Of a stretch of DNA of 64,000 nucleotides, positions 11,367 through 22,699 are shown piece by piece. Each line of letters begins with the position of its first letter. Position 1 is the first letter of the stretch. The stretch is taken from the NCBI GenBank assembly GCA_051530055.1, contig CM121341.1:2198638-2262637 (forward strand), read 5' to 3'. Source of the stretch: Neoechinorhynchus agilis (taxonomy: Eukaryota; Animalia; Acanthocephala). Under the pieces are notes generated by a model. It searched no databases. It saw only the letters and a program-made list of their open reading frames with translations, and was not told the origin of the DNA. A program made the position numbers and the translations under genes.

Positions 11367-13189
11367 GGATTTTTTCTCTAAGAAAAGATCGCGTTGTTTT
11401 TCCCATTTGCAAACGAATATGAAACATATTGATCTTTTCAAGAAGGAGGATATTTGATTTTAATGCTAAAGTGAAACTCAACTTACCAGAAATGTTCAAT
11501 ATGAAAACTATTTAAGCAAAACTTTTTCGTGGTCTTTACTTCATTAAGAATTTAAAAGTGTAGAATTAATTTTTATAGCAGATTTCAAACAACGTTTTTT
11601 TCGTCCCGGTTCACAAATCATTGGTGCTTGTCTTCGATTGTTTACACTCACAGCTTTAAATAAAGCCTACAATAAAAATTAATTTCTAAAACGAATTCAA
11701 AATTAAAGATGACTTTTTAGTGTTTACATATTTAGAAAAGTGCGTCTAATTTTTATGCAAATCGTAAGAGTTAATCAAAGTGTACAACATCCATATAAAA
11801 TGAATTCAGTAAAATTTGCGCACCCTTCAACGTGTTCCCTAAAAACGATTCCAACGCAAACCATAATCAACAAAAAAACGAATCATAAATCTTAAACTAT
11901 TTTAAAAGAATAGCCAATTATTAGCCACGATTAAAACTAAAATCGAATTTGCAATCTACATATTTTCAATATTTAAGTTGTTAGTTCTCATTGCGGTATT
12001 AAACTTTTCCAAACATAATACCATCAAATCCAATTATTATTTAGTTTGAATAAAGACAGTATTTCTAATAGTTTTCAATTTAAGTAAATGAAGAAAATTT
12101 AAACGACGAAGTATTGCTCTGTTAATAAAATTTTACACTAGCCATTTTAATGTCTCTCGAATTATTTCGATGAAAATTAAACCACTTTAAGGTTAACCGA
12201 ATTTGGCTTTCCTCTTAAATTACAAAATGGAAAGCATTGTGTCGCATTTTTATTTCGTAAAATAAATCAATAATCTTTATTATTGAATCCGATATTTCGG
12301 CACAATCGCGTGCCTTTATTAAGGTTACATGAACAATTTAGCAATCTTTTGTAAACCTCTTTGAAGGTGTAATCTTAATAATCAATATTGATGAAGCACC
12401 TGTGAGATTTTTTGGTGGTCACGAGCTACACATCGCGTCCTCGGCAGTTTCTCGAACCCAGAGCTGATCCAAAAAATCTCAATAACCGAATATCTCCAAG
12501 ATTAAAAATTCAAAGATGCTTACAAAAATCGTTCTTTGGAAATAACCTTAAAATTGCAAGGAAGATCTGCTATATGTAAATGCATTCGCGTTAAAAGCAG
12601 TATTCTGACGACTCATGAAAATATTCAAAAACCTCACAATTTAAAGAATAGACGTCAATTGAGACTTTCTTTATATTACATTGGTGATTTCCGTATTTCG
12701 GTACAACATGCTACATAGCCGTTAAGCTGAGTACTTGATCTCGATGTGTTTTGACAAGGGTGACAGATGCCGACTGCTCGTGTCTCAACGCAGTCAACTT
12801 TGTGTTGAGGAATATACAGAATCGATACTGGGAATAATCAATCTTTTGTCCTGGGCCTCTACGTGGACCAGCCTTCAATTAAACGGGTGGCACTTTCGAT
12901 GCAAAAAATCTCGCTATAAAAAATAAGAAATTAACATTAAAAATTTGGACTTTCCCTTCATTGTCGTAAAAACATAAAAATCCATCGATATTTTGTCGTT
13001 GTCACTATTTGAACCGTAAGGCCTTTTGTTAGAGCACGCATTGATGCTCTAGTTAATATCAAGACCGTGATTTATAAGCGAGCAATCGATCAATTCTGGA
13101 GCATTTTAAAGACACCTTTTTCCATCTAATTTGTAAACTTGACTAGTCTACGTTTCTTTATAAAACTATTTAATTACAACGATTTGCAT

Positions 13190-13341
13190 ATTTAAGACAT
13201 CCCTTCCTCGGCTTTTTTTTAGTTTTCCTTCTTGGCACGAAGCCGTCTAAGTGATTCAATCACTTCTCTGATGTAAGAGATCGGTATGGCTTCATGCCAA
13301 GAAGGAAAAAAGTAAAAAGCCGAGGAAGGTATATCCTAAAT
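13190..13341. repeat. Short imperfect palindrome (MITE-like)
   Basis: CTTCCTCGGCTTTTT..TTCCTTCTTGGCACGAAGCC is mirrored by GGCTTCATGCCAAGAAGGAA..AAAAAGCCGAGGAAG. Confidence 0.65.
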
Positions 13342-13639
13342 TTGTATCAATAGAACCTTGTTGCCAGGAAAAACATTTGGTTGTTAGCAAAAAACTTGCG
13401 AAACAACCTTGATAAACGCGCACAAGATTACGGTTCCGAAATATCGGAATCAATAATTCCTTTTAATTTTTTACGCCAGATGCAAACATGAACAATTCAA
13501 TCTTCAAACATTTTCGAATGCAACGATTTACGTATCTTTTCCTTTATCCCATTGATAAATGTCGCTTTAGCGTATATAACGGGAAAACACTTTGCTTTAT
13601 GCTTATGTAAATGTGCCACGGAATGAGGTATCTATCTCA

Positions 13640-14946
13640 CATACACTTTCTTAAGCTTCTTCCTATTCGGGGTCGCTTCAACATCCTCACGAGGTCACTG
13701 ATTTTGGAGACAGTCCTTCCAACGCTCCTTGGGTCGTCCTCGCCTTCGTAGTTTGCAGCTACTTGCTCCAGTTGGTTAGGATCCTGTCTTTTTTATGTGT
13801 TCGTAGAATCTTGACTGGTGGTCGCAAAAACCAAGTTACCGATTTTGTCCACATAAGCAGATCCTCGCACACATTTGTTTCCAGCTGGGTAACCCCTGCC
13901 ATCCAGCGGAGCATGCGCATTTCCGTCGTTTCGACGTGTTGCGTTCCACGTTTCGGTTCCGTAAATCGCATCTTGTCGCGACTTTAAAATATGTCTTTTC
14001 AGCGATAATGGGATTCGACTGTCGCAAATTACGCCGCTGAGGCTCTTCCATTTCAACCACCCGCTTTGAATTCGAGCCGTTACCTCTGCACTCATATCGC
14101 TCGCAGAGTTGACTATGGAACCCAAATAACGGAAGTGGTCTTGACGATTTAGGGCTCTTTCCTGAAGACTGACAGCATCAGGCCCCACATAAACTGTCTT
14201 TTCCCTGCAAATCTTTAAGCCATTATCTTCGAGCGACTCTCTCCATTTCTCGAGATCCTCGTTGAGGTCTTTGCAGAAGAAACCTCTCAGAACGATGTCG
14301 TCCACGAACATCATGTTCCAAGAGGGTCCTCTGCTCACGCTACTAATTATCTCGTCCAGTACAAGTACAAACAGGTGACCATGAATCTATCGCCCTTAAC
14401 AGTTCGTATAGCTCGTTCCAGAAATCATCCTTCTCTTGTTAAGGACGGCCAACCTGCGGAGCGTAGCAGGAGATTATCGTCAAGTTCTGAGCACCAAGAT
14501 CCATTCTCATCCCGATTATTCGATCGGTGAATCTTTTAACTTCCAACACTGTATCTTTGTATTACTCATCTAATACAATGCCCATTCCGTTTTTACCATT
14601 GCTCGATCTACTATAGTTCAGTTTGTAGCCATCATCTAATTCTCGCGCCTTCGATCCTTTCCATCGTAGTTTCTACAAACATAGAATTGAAATTCGTCGC
14701 TTTTTTCATCATGCTCACTACTTCCATTGACTTGCCGCTCATCCGCTCATTGGTAAACTTATTCAAAGATGCCGAGAGGATCATCTGTGCGTCGCACAAG
14801 GGGTACGCCCTAGTCCAATTGTGATTTTTGATGTGATCTTGCATGTGATGTTGTTTGAGTTTGAAGCAAGTTTTACGGCCGGATGCCCTTCCTGACGTTA
14901 CCCGGGCTTGGGACCGGCATCAGGTCTCCCCTATGGCTGGGTTGAA
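13640..14946 (-). mobile_element. Degenerate, internally deleted RTE-clade LINE
   Basis: APE N-terminus remnant (GKSMEVVSMMKK..VET; NGMGIVLD) and RT/thumb (MMFVDDIVL, FRYLGSIVN, RIQSGWLKWKSLSGVICD, EMRMLRWMAGVT, RGRPKERWKDC). The 5' UTR carries the RTE-typical AGGAAGGGCATCCGGCCGTAAAAC. Confidence 0.85.
14895..14946 (-). ncRNA. Twister ribozyme remnant in the RTE 5' UTR
   Basis: CAACCCAGCC-[hairpin]-GCCGGTCCCAAGCCCGG matches the conserved twister P4/L4 module and its 5' strand. The AUAAA..GGAGGG 3' strand is missing. Confidence 0.7.
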
Positions 14947-15229
14947 TGTGGTATCTATCTCTTGGAAGAAAAATAATTGCTAAGAAAATGATGCTGAAGG
15001 AATAAACGTCTTAAATTCTTTGAAGTGACGGTTTATTAAAAAATATAGGATTCTTCTTAAATAATCTATTAAAAAGTACTTTATCGGTTTTTAGTTGCGT
15101 TTTATTGGCAACTTACGACGCAATGTACACAATGATATTAGAAAGCGAACGAAAATTAGTCAATTTAAAGACGGTAATAAAGCCAACATTGTTAATCAAT
15201 GAATTTATTTATTATCAAGGCCTCATACA

Positions 15230-15468
15230 CGTGCTGGTCAGTGACATCTTCTTTATTCCTTTTTGAGCCTTTCGGCTGACTTGCACACAACGGAGGCGCT
15301 TAGCCGCACTCGAAGGAACAGGGCCAACCCCCTTTGGGGCCGATGGGCGATCTCAAAACCTGACTCCCACCCTTCCAGCAGCCTCGCACACCCGTGGAAC
15401 ACAGAGACCGGTGGCGTTGAACCAGCGACATATCAAGCGCATTATGAACGCGCACACCAAACGGCCAC
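15230..15468 (-). mobile_element. GC-rich SINE-like or Pol III unit with a tRNA-Met-like head lacking a D-arm
   Basis: The head 15468-15404 has the anticodon arm GCGCG-TTCATAA-TGCGC (CAT), a B-box-like GGTTCAACGCC and imperfect acceptor pairing, followed by a hairpin-rich body and an A-rich tail. Confidence 0.5.
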
Positions 15469-15799
15469 TTATTAAAAAAAGTAGATATTTAATGTTGACT
15501 GCGCCAAAAATACCCTGAGTTGAGCTAATATAAAAAAGGCTTTAGAGGGCGTTGAATGGATAGAACTTAATCTCCTAATAAAAAATCCCAATAATTTAAA
15601 AAATATTCGATTGGATATCTTTTGTTAAATTAAAAAAGTTACGCACATAAGAATACCAGAACGATGATATCGTTTTTACCTCCAAATCGCGGTGCATTAC
15701 ACAATGAAAATAATAATAATCGCAAACACTTGGCTTTCATTATTTTGACTGATTCTATTGCTACAATACATTCTTTAAAAAGAATTCATTAATCCATTG

Positions 15800-17290
15800 T
15801 TAAGTAAATTGGTTGGTGTTAGCGGTTGCAGGTTGCCACATTTGAACATAATTGTTTTGTTCACTTGAGCACACTACTCCACGTTCATTTGGACTCCACG
15901 TTAAATCCAGAATAGGACTATAGTGACCAGCATGAACGAACTGAAGTTCTGGAAGGTCATCAGATGTATTAACCTTCCTTAAATTCCAAAGCTTAACTCG
16001 ATTATCACACGCACCAGAAGCAAGTATGGCTTCATCGTGAGGACTCCAAGCAACCTGCCTAACCTCCTTTCCATCGTGACCATTAATCGTGTGAATGGAA
16101 CACGATAAATTCCTTAGATCAAATAAGTGGAGTTGACCACTAGAACTTCCAATTGCCAAAGCATAAGGATTATATTGATTAAACGACAAGGAGATGATCT
16201 GATCGGTAGTTGCGGCCGACACACAAAGCGCCTCATCCGGTTGTGCAACATCCCAAACGCTGAGGACGCCAGTAGAATCGCCGGCTGCAAACACACGCGG
16301 ATCGAATCTACTCCAGGCGACATCATTAACATCTCGGTCTTTCAAGTAAAATATGGATATCGATCCAATCAAATCAGATTCACCGCCGTTCACATCCCAT
16401 AAACATATTAGACCATCATCTGATCCGGATATTAGACGACCGGCTTTAAAGGTATTCCAACATAAACCGAATCCGCCAGCCTTAAACTAAGCGAAAAGAG
16501 ACCATTAAAACGATCATAGAATTCTGGTTCTAAAATCAAACATTAGACAGATCTGTAATCACGATCGTCCGACCGAAAATTTAAACAAACGCGATTTAGT
16601 TGAGTACACGATCTCAAACAAAAAAATCCATGAATCGTAAAAAAAATTGTATTCAAAGTTATCAGTAAACCTACATTTAACGACTTTTAGTTGATCGTTT
16701 TTGGTGACTAGGTAACAAAAACGGATAAAATTTCAATTAAGAGCCGACCGATTAAATCAATTTCGCTTATCGATATGGCCAACAAGTTCGATTTCATACT
16801 TAAACTCATCGGATGCTGTCGGCAACGATGTATGCCGGGTATAATCGAAGATGTACACCGAATTCGTTGAACCTTTGGCAGCGATGACACTCGGATTTTG
16901 CGGTAGATGTCTAGTTCGATGAACATCTCCATTGTACAATATCCGAATTGAAGGAGCGAGGTAACTTCTGGTAGGATCTTTGACAAATCCACCGTACTCC
17001 CTAAGCTCCTGATTGAAATCTATAGATGTGAACGATCTGTTTCGATTTGGAACTCGAACTCCAATGATTTCAAGATAGCTTTTTGTATCTTCATTATCCC
17101 CGTTTATACCTACCAAAAGGCGTTGAGTGGAATAGTCTTTTCCTTCAGGGCGACTTATGTCCGGTAGAAATTCTAGTGACATCATAGGCCATTCTGAAGC
17201 TTGGTCGATTAGAAGATCGTAAAGATATCGAGCATTCCGACGCCACGTTTTATGATCTTCCATAGCCTTCATCTCCATCGAATTATCCAT
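15800..17290 (-). CDS. RBBP4: Histone-binding WD40 protein RBBP4/7 (CAF-1 p48 family), 2 coding segments (17290-16775, 16483-15800)
   Basis: HKTWRRNARYLYDL..EWPMMSLEFLP, GDVHRTRHLPQNPSVIAAK, GFGLCWN..LISGSDDG..LWD, VAWSPHDEAILASG and LQFVHAGH..DLTWSPN match the RBBP4/7 family. Confidence 0.92.
16484..16774 (-). other. Non-canonical intron-like interruption C in RBBP4 (291 nt) with paired ends
   Basis: Removal restores GH(K/I)AGGFGLCW, colinear with GHQKEGYGLSW. The exact 9-bp inverted repeat TAAGCGAAA/TTTCGCTTA lies at 16769-16761 and 16496-16488. Confidence 0.7.
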
Positions 17291-17514
17291 TTAAAACGCA
17301 AAAGGCCACTGTCCCAATTACACACGATTAGTAGTTACTTTGTCCGGAAGACTATTTTTTATCCGGACTTTGATCACGAGAGAATACTTGAAATCGAGAA
17401 GTTGAAGAGGACGGATTATCCGGATTAGAAGATAGATCGATCCAATCGACCGATCGAAAACCAAGCAATCTGAAGTTGTGCACTCAATGTCAATTGGACA
17501 ATGAAGATGGAAGA

Positions 17515-18870
17515 TTCATTCCAGATTTATTATCGAACGGAAAATGGGTGTTTATATTTATTTCTTGCTTCAAATTTTCGACGCCTTGCGTCTTCGTCAG
17601 GAAGCTTTTCTTCGGTTATCTGAAAAGGAATCAGAGGAGGACAACGCTGTCTGTCAGCTCATCCCTCTTCAGCGTTGCCCTCCTCTTATTCCTTTTCAGA
17701 TAACCGAAGAAAAGCTTCCAGACGAAGACGCAAGGCGTCGAAAATTTGAAGCATTAAAAAATAAAAAACACCCATTTTCCGTTCGATAATAAATCTGGAA
17801 TAAACATGAGGGTGTTGGGAAAAGAGGCTTTCCATCCGACTTTTCGAGCCTCTGCAAACTTCTTCGCGACTCTGGAGAGGATAAAGATTTTGGAGCAACG
17901 GATCACAGCGTTGCCCTCCTCTGATTCCTTTTCAGACAACCGAAGAAAAGCTTCCTGACGAAGACGCAAGGCGTCGAAAATTTGAAGCAAGAAATAAATA
18001 AAACACCCATTTTCCGTTCGATAATAAATCTGGAATAAAACATGAGGGTGTTGGGAAAAGAGGCTTTCCATAATATTATGAACATGCGGTTAAACGGACC
18101 GACTTTTCGAGCCTCTGCAAACTTCTTCGCGACTCTGGAGAGGATAAAGATTTTGGAGCAACGGATCACAGCGTTGCCCTCCTCTGATTCCTTTTCAGAC
18201 AACCGAAGAAAAGCTTCCTGACGAAGACGCAAGGCGTCGAAAATTTGAAGCAAGAAATAAATAAAACACCCATTTTCCGTTCGATAATAAATCTGGAATA
18301 AAACATGAGGGTGTTGGGAAAAGAGGCTTTCCATAATATTATGAACATGCGGTTAAACGGACCGACTTTTCGAGCCTCTGCAAACTTCTTCGCGACTCTG
18401 GAGAGGATAAAGATTTTGGAGCAACGGATCACAGCGTTGCCCTCCTCTGATTCCTTTTCAGACAACCGAAGAAAAGCTTCCTGACGAAGACGCAAGGCGT
18501 CGAAAATTTGAAGCAAGAAATAAATAAAACACCCATTTTCCGTTCGATAATAAATCTGGAATAAAACATGAGGGTGTTGGGAAAAGAGGCTTTCCATAAT
18601 ATTATGAACATGCGGTTAAACGGACCGACTTTTCGAGCCTCTGCAAACTTCTTCGCGACTCTGGAGAGGATAAAGATTTTGGAGCAACGGATCACAGCGT
18701 TGCCCTCCTCTGATTCCTTTTCAGACAACCGAAGAAAAGCTTCCTGACGAAGACGCAAGGCGTCGAAAATTTGAAGCAAGAAATAAATAAAACACCCATT
18801 TTCCGTTCGATAATAAATCTGGAATAAAACATGAGGGTGTTGGGAAAAGAGGCTTTCCATAATATTATGC
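17515..18870. repeat. 263-bp tandem array (about 4.7 copies) preceded by an inverted partial copy
   Basis: CAGCGTTGCCCTCCTC recurs at about 17670, 17906, 18169, 18432 and 18695; the first unit is about 27 nt short. 17515-17650 is the reverse complement of 17670-17805. Confidence 0.95.
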
Positions 18871-19230
18871 GGCAATTGCAAGGACCAGAGGAAATCCTGC
18901 AGCTACATTGGAAATACGGAGGCTACACCAGCGGGTAACTGAGCATTTCCGTAATGCACGTAACCCGCACGCACCGTCGTACGTGTCAGCACCGTTGGCC
19001 ACCCATTTTGCTAACCACCACAATATTGTTAGCCCAGCCTTGGGGGTGGGGGTTCTCTACAAGGCATCTGATCCTGTAGACCTTTTGCATTGCCGAAGCT
19101 CTGCTTATTGGTCGTGGAGGGGTCACTCAATAGGAAGGATGAATTGTCAGACAGTTTATCACTTTTCTGAGCTTTTCAGAGCGAGGGAGAGTCCCCGAAG
19201 AAGCCGTGAAGCGACGAAAATTCGGACAAA
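18870..19230 (+). mobile_element. Penelope-like element 3' fragment: GIY-YIG endonuclease remnant plus a minimal hammerhead
   Basis: Frameshifted C..C..SYIGNT / RRLHQRVTEHFRN..LATHF..H typical of Penelope GIY-YIG, followed by a hammerhead fold at 19191-19227. Confidence 0.8.
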
Positions 19231-19371
19231 ATAAAACATCGTACTCGGGAATGTTTTAGAAAAAAATCTATCTATAACAATGCGAGTATGCAACAAAGAT
19301 GCCTTCCATCATTTAATCTGAATTCAGGTTGATGATTTTAGCTTTAGGCTTTTACGCACGATAGACTTATA

Positions 19372-19542
19372 ATAGTTTCAGTTTCAATTAGCGATGTTTG
19401 TTTAAGAAAATAGATTTATCTTGAAGTTGTCGTAAACACTTGCAAACAATTAACTGAAGAAAACGAAAAGGCCGAAACTTTTCAAGATAAATCCATTTTC
19501 TGAATCAAAAATCGCTAATTGAAACTATAATGAATAATTTCT
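19372..19542. mobile_element. Internally deleted copy of the 1439-1706 palindromic family
   Basis: Same termini (GTTTCAATTAGCGATGTTTG ... ATCGCTAATTGAAACTATAATGAATAATTTCT) and a partial CTGAAGA..GGCCGAAA core. Confidence 0.75.
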
Positions 19543-19957
19543 ACGTTTTATTTGTTGTTGATGCGCAACGAAAAGGACCCACATGGACACTTGGGAAAGA
19601 AAAATTGATCTGGATTGGAATTTGGCTGGAAGGCCCGGTATAGGTGGGAATTATCAGTTATTGATTCCAGAAGAGTTTGTAAGGTTGGATGGGTGAAGTG
19701 TGTTAAACAAGTGACATTGAAGCTGAAAGTTCGTCCTACTTTTTTAAGCAGTCCGAAGTGGAAGTACCGATCCGGAGGGTGACGGTCGACGACGACGAGA
19801 GGTCGACAATAAAGAGAACTCTGAGTATCACGAATGTATCTTTGATTAGTCTACACCCGTGATCTTTCGATATTTGCCAAATTCCTTTTGTTGCATATTA
19901 TTTATCTTTTTCAATATTGTAATCGATACGCGTATACAGCCACATAGAAATTAATCA

Positions 19958-20445
19958 TCGACAGAGAAAATTCAATCGGGTTAATCAAAGTTTATACTTT
20001 TAGTGAAAATAACCCCCCCCCGGACCATCACATATTTGATTTATAGGAAAAATATTTCCAAAGAGGTAAAAGTCATCATTCATTGCTTGTAAGTTTTAAA
20101 TATAATCAAATAGATTATGACCGGTTGACTATTTTCACTAAAAGTATAAGACAGGAAGAGCTGGTGCCTTCCTACGCCAAAACATTGGTCTCGCGGCGAT
20201 CCAAAGAGGAACCTCACCTCCTCAACTTTCTAAAAAGTGATTTTACAAATTAAGGTTATATTGCCCGAGATCGCCAAACGCTATAACAAACAATGACTAA
20301 GGAGGCGAAGTTACCTCCTTCGAAATATTTCCCCGATTAATCAAATAGGTTATGACCGGTTGATTATTTTCACTAAAAGTATATTCATGAACTGCTCCTT
20401 AAAGAAATTCCAAAAGTCTTTTATGGCAATTTTTTATCGCTTTAT
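19958..20445 (+). repeat. Dispersed composite repeat, about 480 bp; near-identical inverted copy at 48296-48780
   Basis: Long identity to the reverse complement of 48296-48780. It has the internal inverted motif TATACTTTTAGTGAAAATA / TATTTTCACTAAAAGTATA and a short CRE 3' fragment. Confidence 0.9.
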
Positions 20446-20449
20446 ATTG

Positions 20450-20940
20450 CCATTATTATAAATCACAGCTTTTTATATGGCATCTATCCATCGTGCCTGA
20501 AAAATGCTAAAATGATCCTTTTCCGAAAAAGGGACATCCTATTTCCACCGAATCAACGTCAACTGTTCTTATATGCTGACGATCTCACCCAACATCTTAC
20601 GATATCATGCACATCAAAGATTTCTGCACCAATCACAAACCTTGCCTGATATTCTCTAAATGCTTCGAAATGATCCCCTCAAGCTCCCGCAATCCCGTAT
20701 CCAACCCCATCTTCCAATTTACATCCGACGAGTCCCCTCCCTAAGAATTCTGGGTATCCAATTTCAATCAAACTTGAAATGGGACTCGCACATTACACTT
20801 ACCCTCAGACGCAGTACCCTTAAAATTTAACTCCTAAAACAATTCCTCCGTTTAGGAATCTCTTCGCCCGTTATCTCTAAACTTTACCACATCTTTATCT
20901 TACCCTCCCACCTCACCATCCGGACAAGTTGAGGTACGTT
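20450..20940 (+). mobile_element. Decayed LINE reverse-transcriptase fragment
   Basis: Translatable remnants SFLYGIYPSCLKNAKMILFRK and LFLYADD. Confidence 0.55.
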
Positions 20941-20980
20941 GGTTCAATTTATAATAACTAAAACCTTGAAGGAAAGTTTT

Positions 20981-22519
20981 ACTTTGATTCGTATATCACA
21001 AAAGTTGCCTAGGACAAAGAAATTTGTTTTAATGAAATTCTAGGGATCCTTTGATTAGTATGCAGCAAGGAAAACTAACGAAATTTTATTGGTGTCAAAA
21101 CTATTCCAAATCATACCAGCTAATGAATCTAAAATTACTGGAGCCAAGGTCTCATCGCGTTAAATCGGATCCAATCTCCTTGATGCAATATTGAATCTAT
21201 ATTCGACATTATGCAATTGTGTGAATTTTTCCAATATTTATGAGATCGATAAATTTTCCTGTAATTGTTCCGATATCTTCGATTATTAAGAGGAGTCTTT
21301 TGCGCATTTCCTTTCGCATCCTTTAATATCTTTGTACTGCCTATCAGTGTTGTAGTTTCTGAAGAGTCAACTTTGGAGTTGCTGGACGGTTCGGAGACAG
21401 CAGTCGTTTCTTTTTTATCAACGATTTCGATTGTTTCTAATGTGAGAGGCAGATATTTACCAAGTTTTGGTGATGTGGCGTTACTTTCTTTTTCAACGAC
21501 ATGAATTTTAGTTGGAAGTTCCGTTGACTCGATCGCGGCCGTTTCGCTCATAGACTCGGGCTTGACATCCCCTTTGGTGTCCTCGGCGACGGCATCCTTT
21601 TCTCCTTCGTTCTGAGACTTGACAGATTCGGACTTGACGTCCTCTTTGGTGTCCTCGGCGACGGCATCCTTTTCTCCTTCGTTCTGAGACTTGACAGATT
21701 CGGACTTGACGTCCTCTTTGGTGTCCTCGGCGACGGCATCCTTTTCTCCTTCGTTCTGAGACTTGAGTTCGGTTGATTCGATTGTTTCCATTTCGCTCCC
21801 AGATTCGGACTTGACGTCCTCTTTGGTGTCCTCGGCGACGGCATCGGTTTCTCCTTTAGTTTCATCTGGGGTGGTGGTGTCCATTCGTTGAACCTCTTTC
21901 TCAATAACGATGTCTCCATCCATTTTTTCAGTACTGCTGATTGGAATCGAGGCGTAGCATCGGTTTTTGGCCGAAAAAGTTGCAAAGCTACAGATCAGTA
22001 GTACGGCGCTGATAAACTTCATCGGAGTGAAAGTTGAAAGGATACCCTAAAATGGAGGTACAGCTCGAACTTACCTACTTTACGGGATGCGCAAGCGATT
22101 TCGAAATGTTATTAAACACTTGAACAATATTGACGTCTTCAGCGGAATTACTGTTTACGTTTGTGGTTTGTTTACATAAACTCATTGTTGACATTTGCGA
22201 TTCAGGAATGACATTCTTGGAATAAAAAAGGAGCACGATTTCACTCCCATTAAATATCTTTCTAAATGAGATTTGCCGCTATTTGCTTTGTTTTTTAAAG
22301 TCCTCGCCACCTCGTTCCTTTATCAAGGTTGCTTGTTAGTTTTTATATATGTGAGTTCGAACTTTTCTTCGCCACAAAACAACCAATATGAACAGTTCAA
22401 ACTTCAAAGACTTCTTCGTTTCTCATTCCAAAAATTTCTGCTCCAATATCTCGTATTTACCCATTTGTTCAAACTGTGGAATCGCGCATGAGGCGTATAA
22501 AAGATTTTGCCTGGCTACT
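20981..22519 (-). repeat. Left arm of a 1.5-kb inverted segmental duplication (right arm 27114-28581)
   Basis: Near-identical reverse complement of 27114-28581, including the gene and about 500 bp of upstream DNA. Confidence 0.95.
21135..22022 (-). CDS. Orphan secreted protein with acidic tandem repeats, copy 1 (295 aa)
   Basis: Signal-peptide-like N-terminus MKFISAVLLICSFATFSA, repeated KSQNEGEKDAVAEDTKEDVKSESV units and a basic aromatic C-terminus. Intact in both copies. Confidence 0.75.
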   Translation of the reverse strand: MKFISAVLLICSFATFSAKNRCYASIPISSTEKMDGDIVIEKEVQRMDTTTPDETKGETDAVAEDTKEDVKSESGSEMETIESTELKSQNEGEKDAVAEDTKEDVKSESVKSQNEGEKDAVAEDTKEDVKSESVKSQNEGEKDAVAEDTKGDVKPESMSETAAIESTELPTKIHVVEKESNATSPKLGKYLPLTLETIEIVDKKETTAVSEPSSNSKVDSSETTTLIGSTKILKDAKGNAQKTPLNNRRYRNNYRKIYRSHKYWKNSHNCIMSNIDSILHQGDWIRFNAMRPWLQ

Positions 22520-22699
22520 CAGCGATATTTCATTTTTTATGTCAAGAAAATCGACATTCTCCTGAGGCTTACCTCTAATTCTTTGGAAATCTCCCGAAAT
22601 ACCCTTTCTGTAGCTATTTTGTCAATCAATGTCTCTGAAACGATTTGCATGTCAGTAGATTGATCAAATCTGACAAATTGGAGATTACTTTTTAAAATC

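Noticed and set aside
17544-18881. Repeated 105-150 aa ORFs in the 263-bp array
   Set aside because: They arise from the periodic DNA, switch frame every unit (263 is not a multiple of 3) and match no family I recognise.
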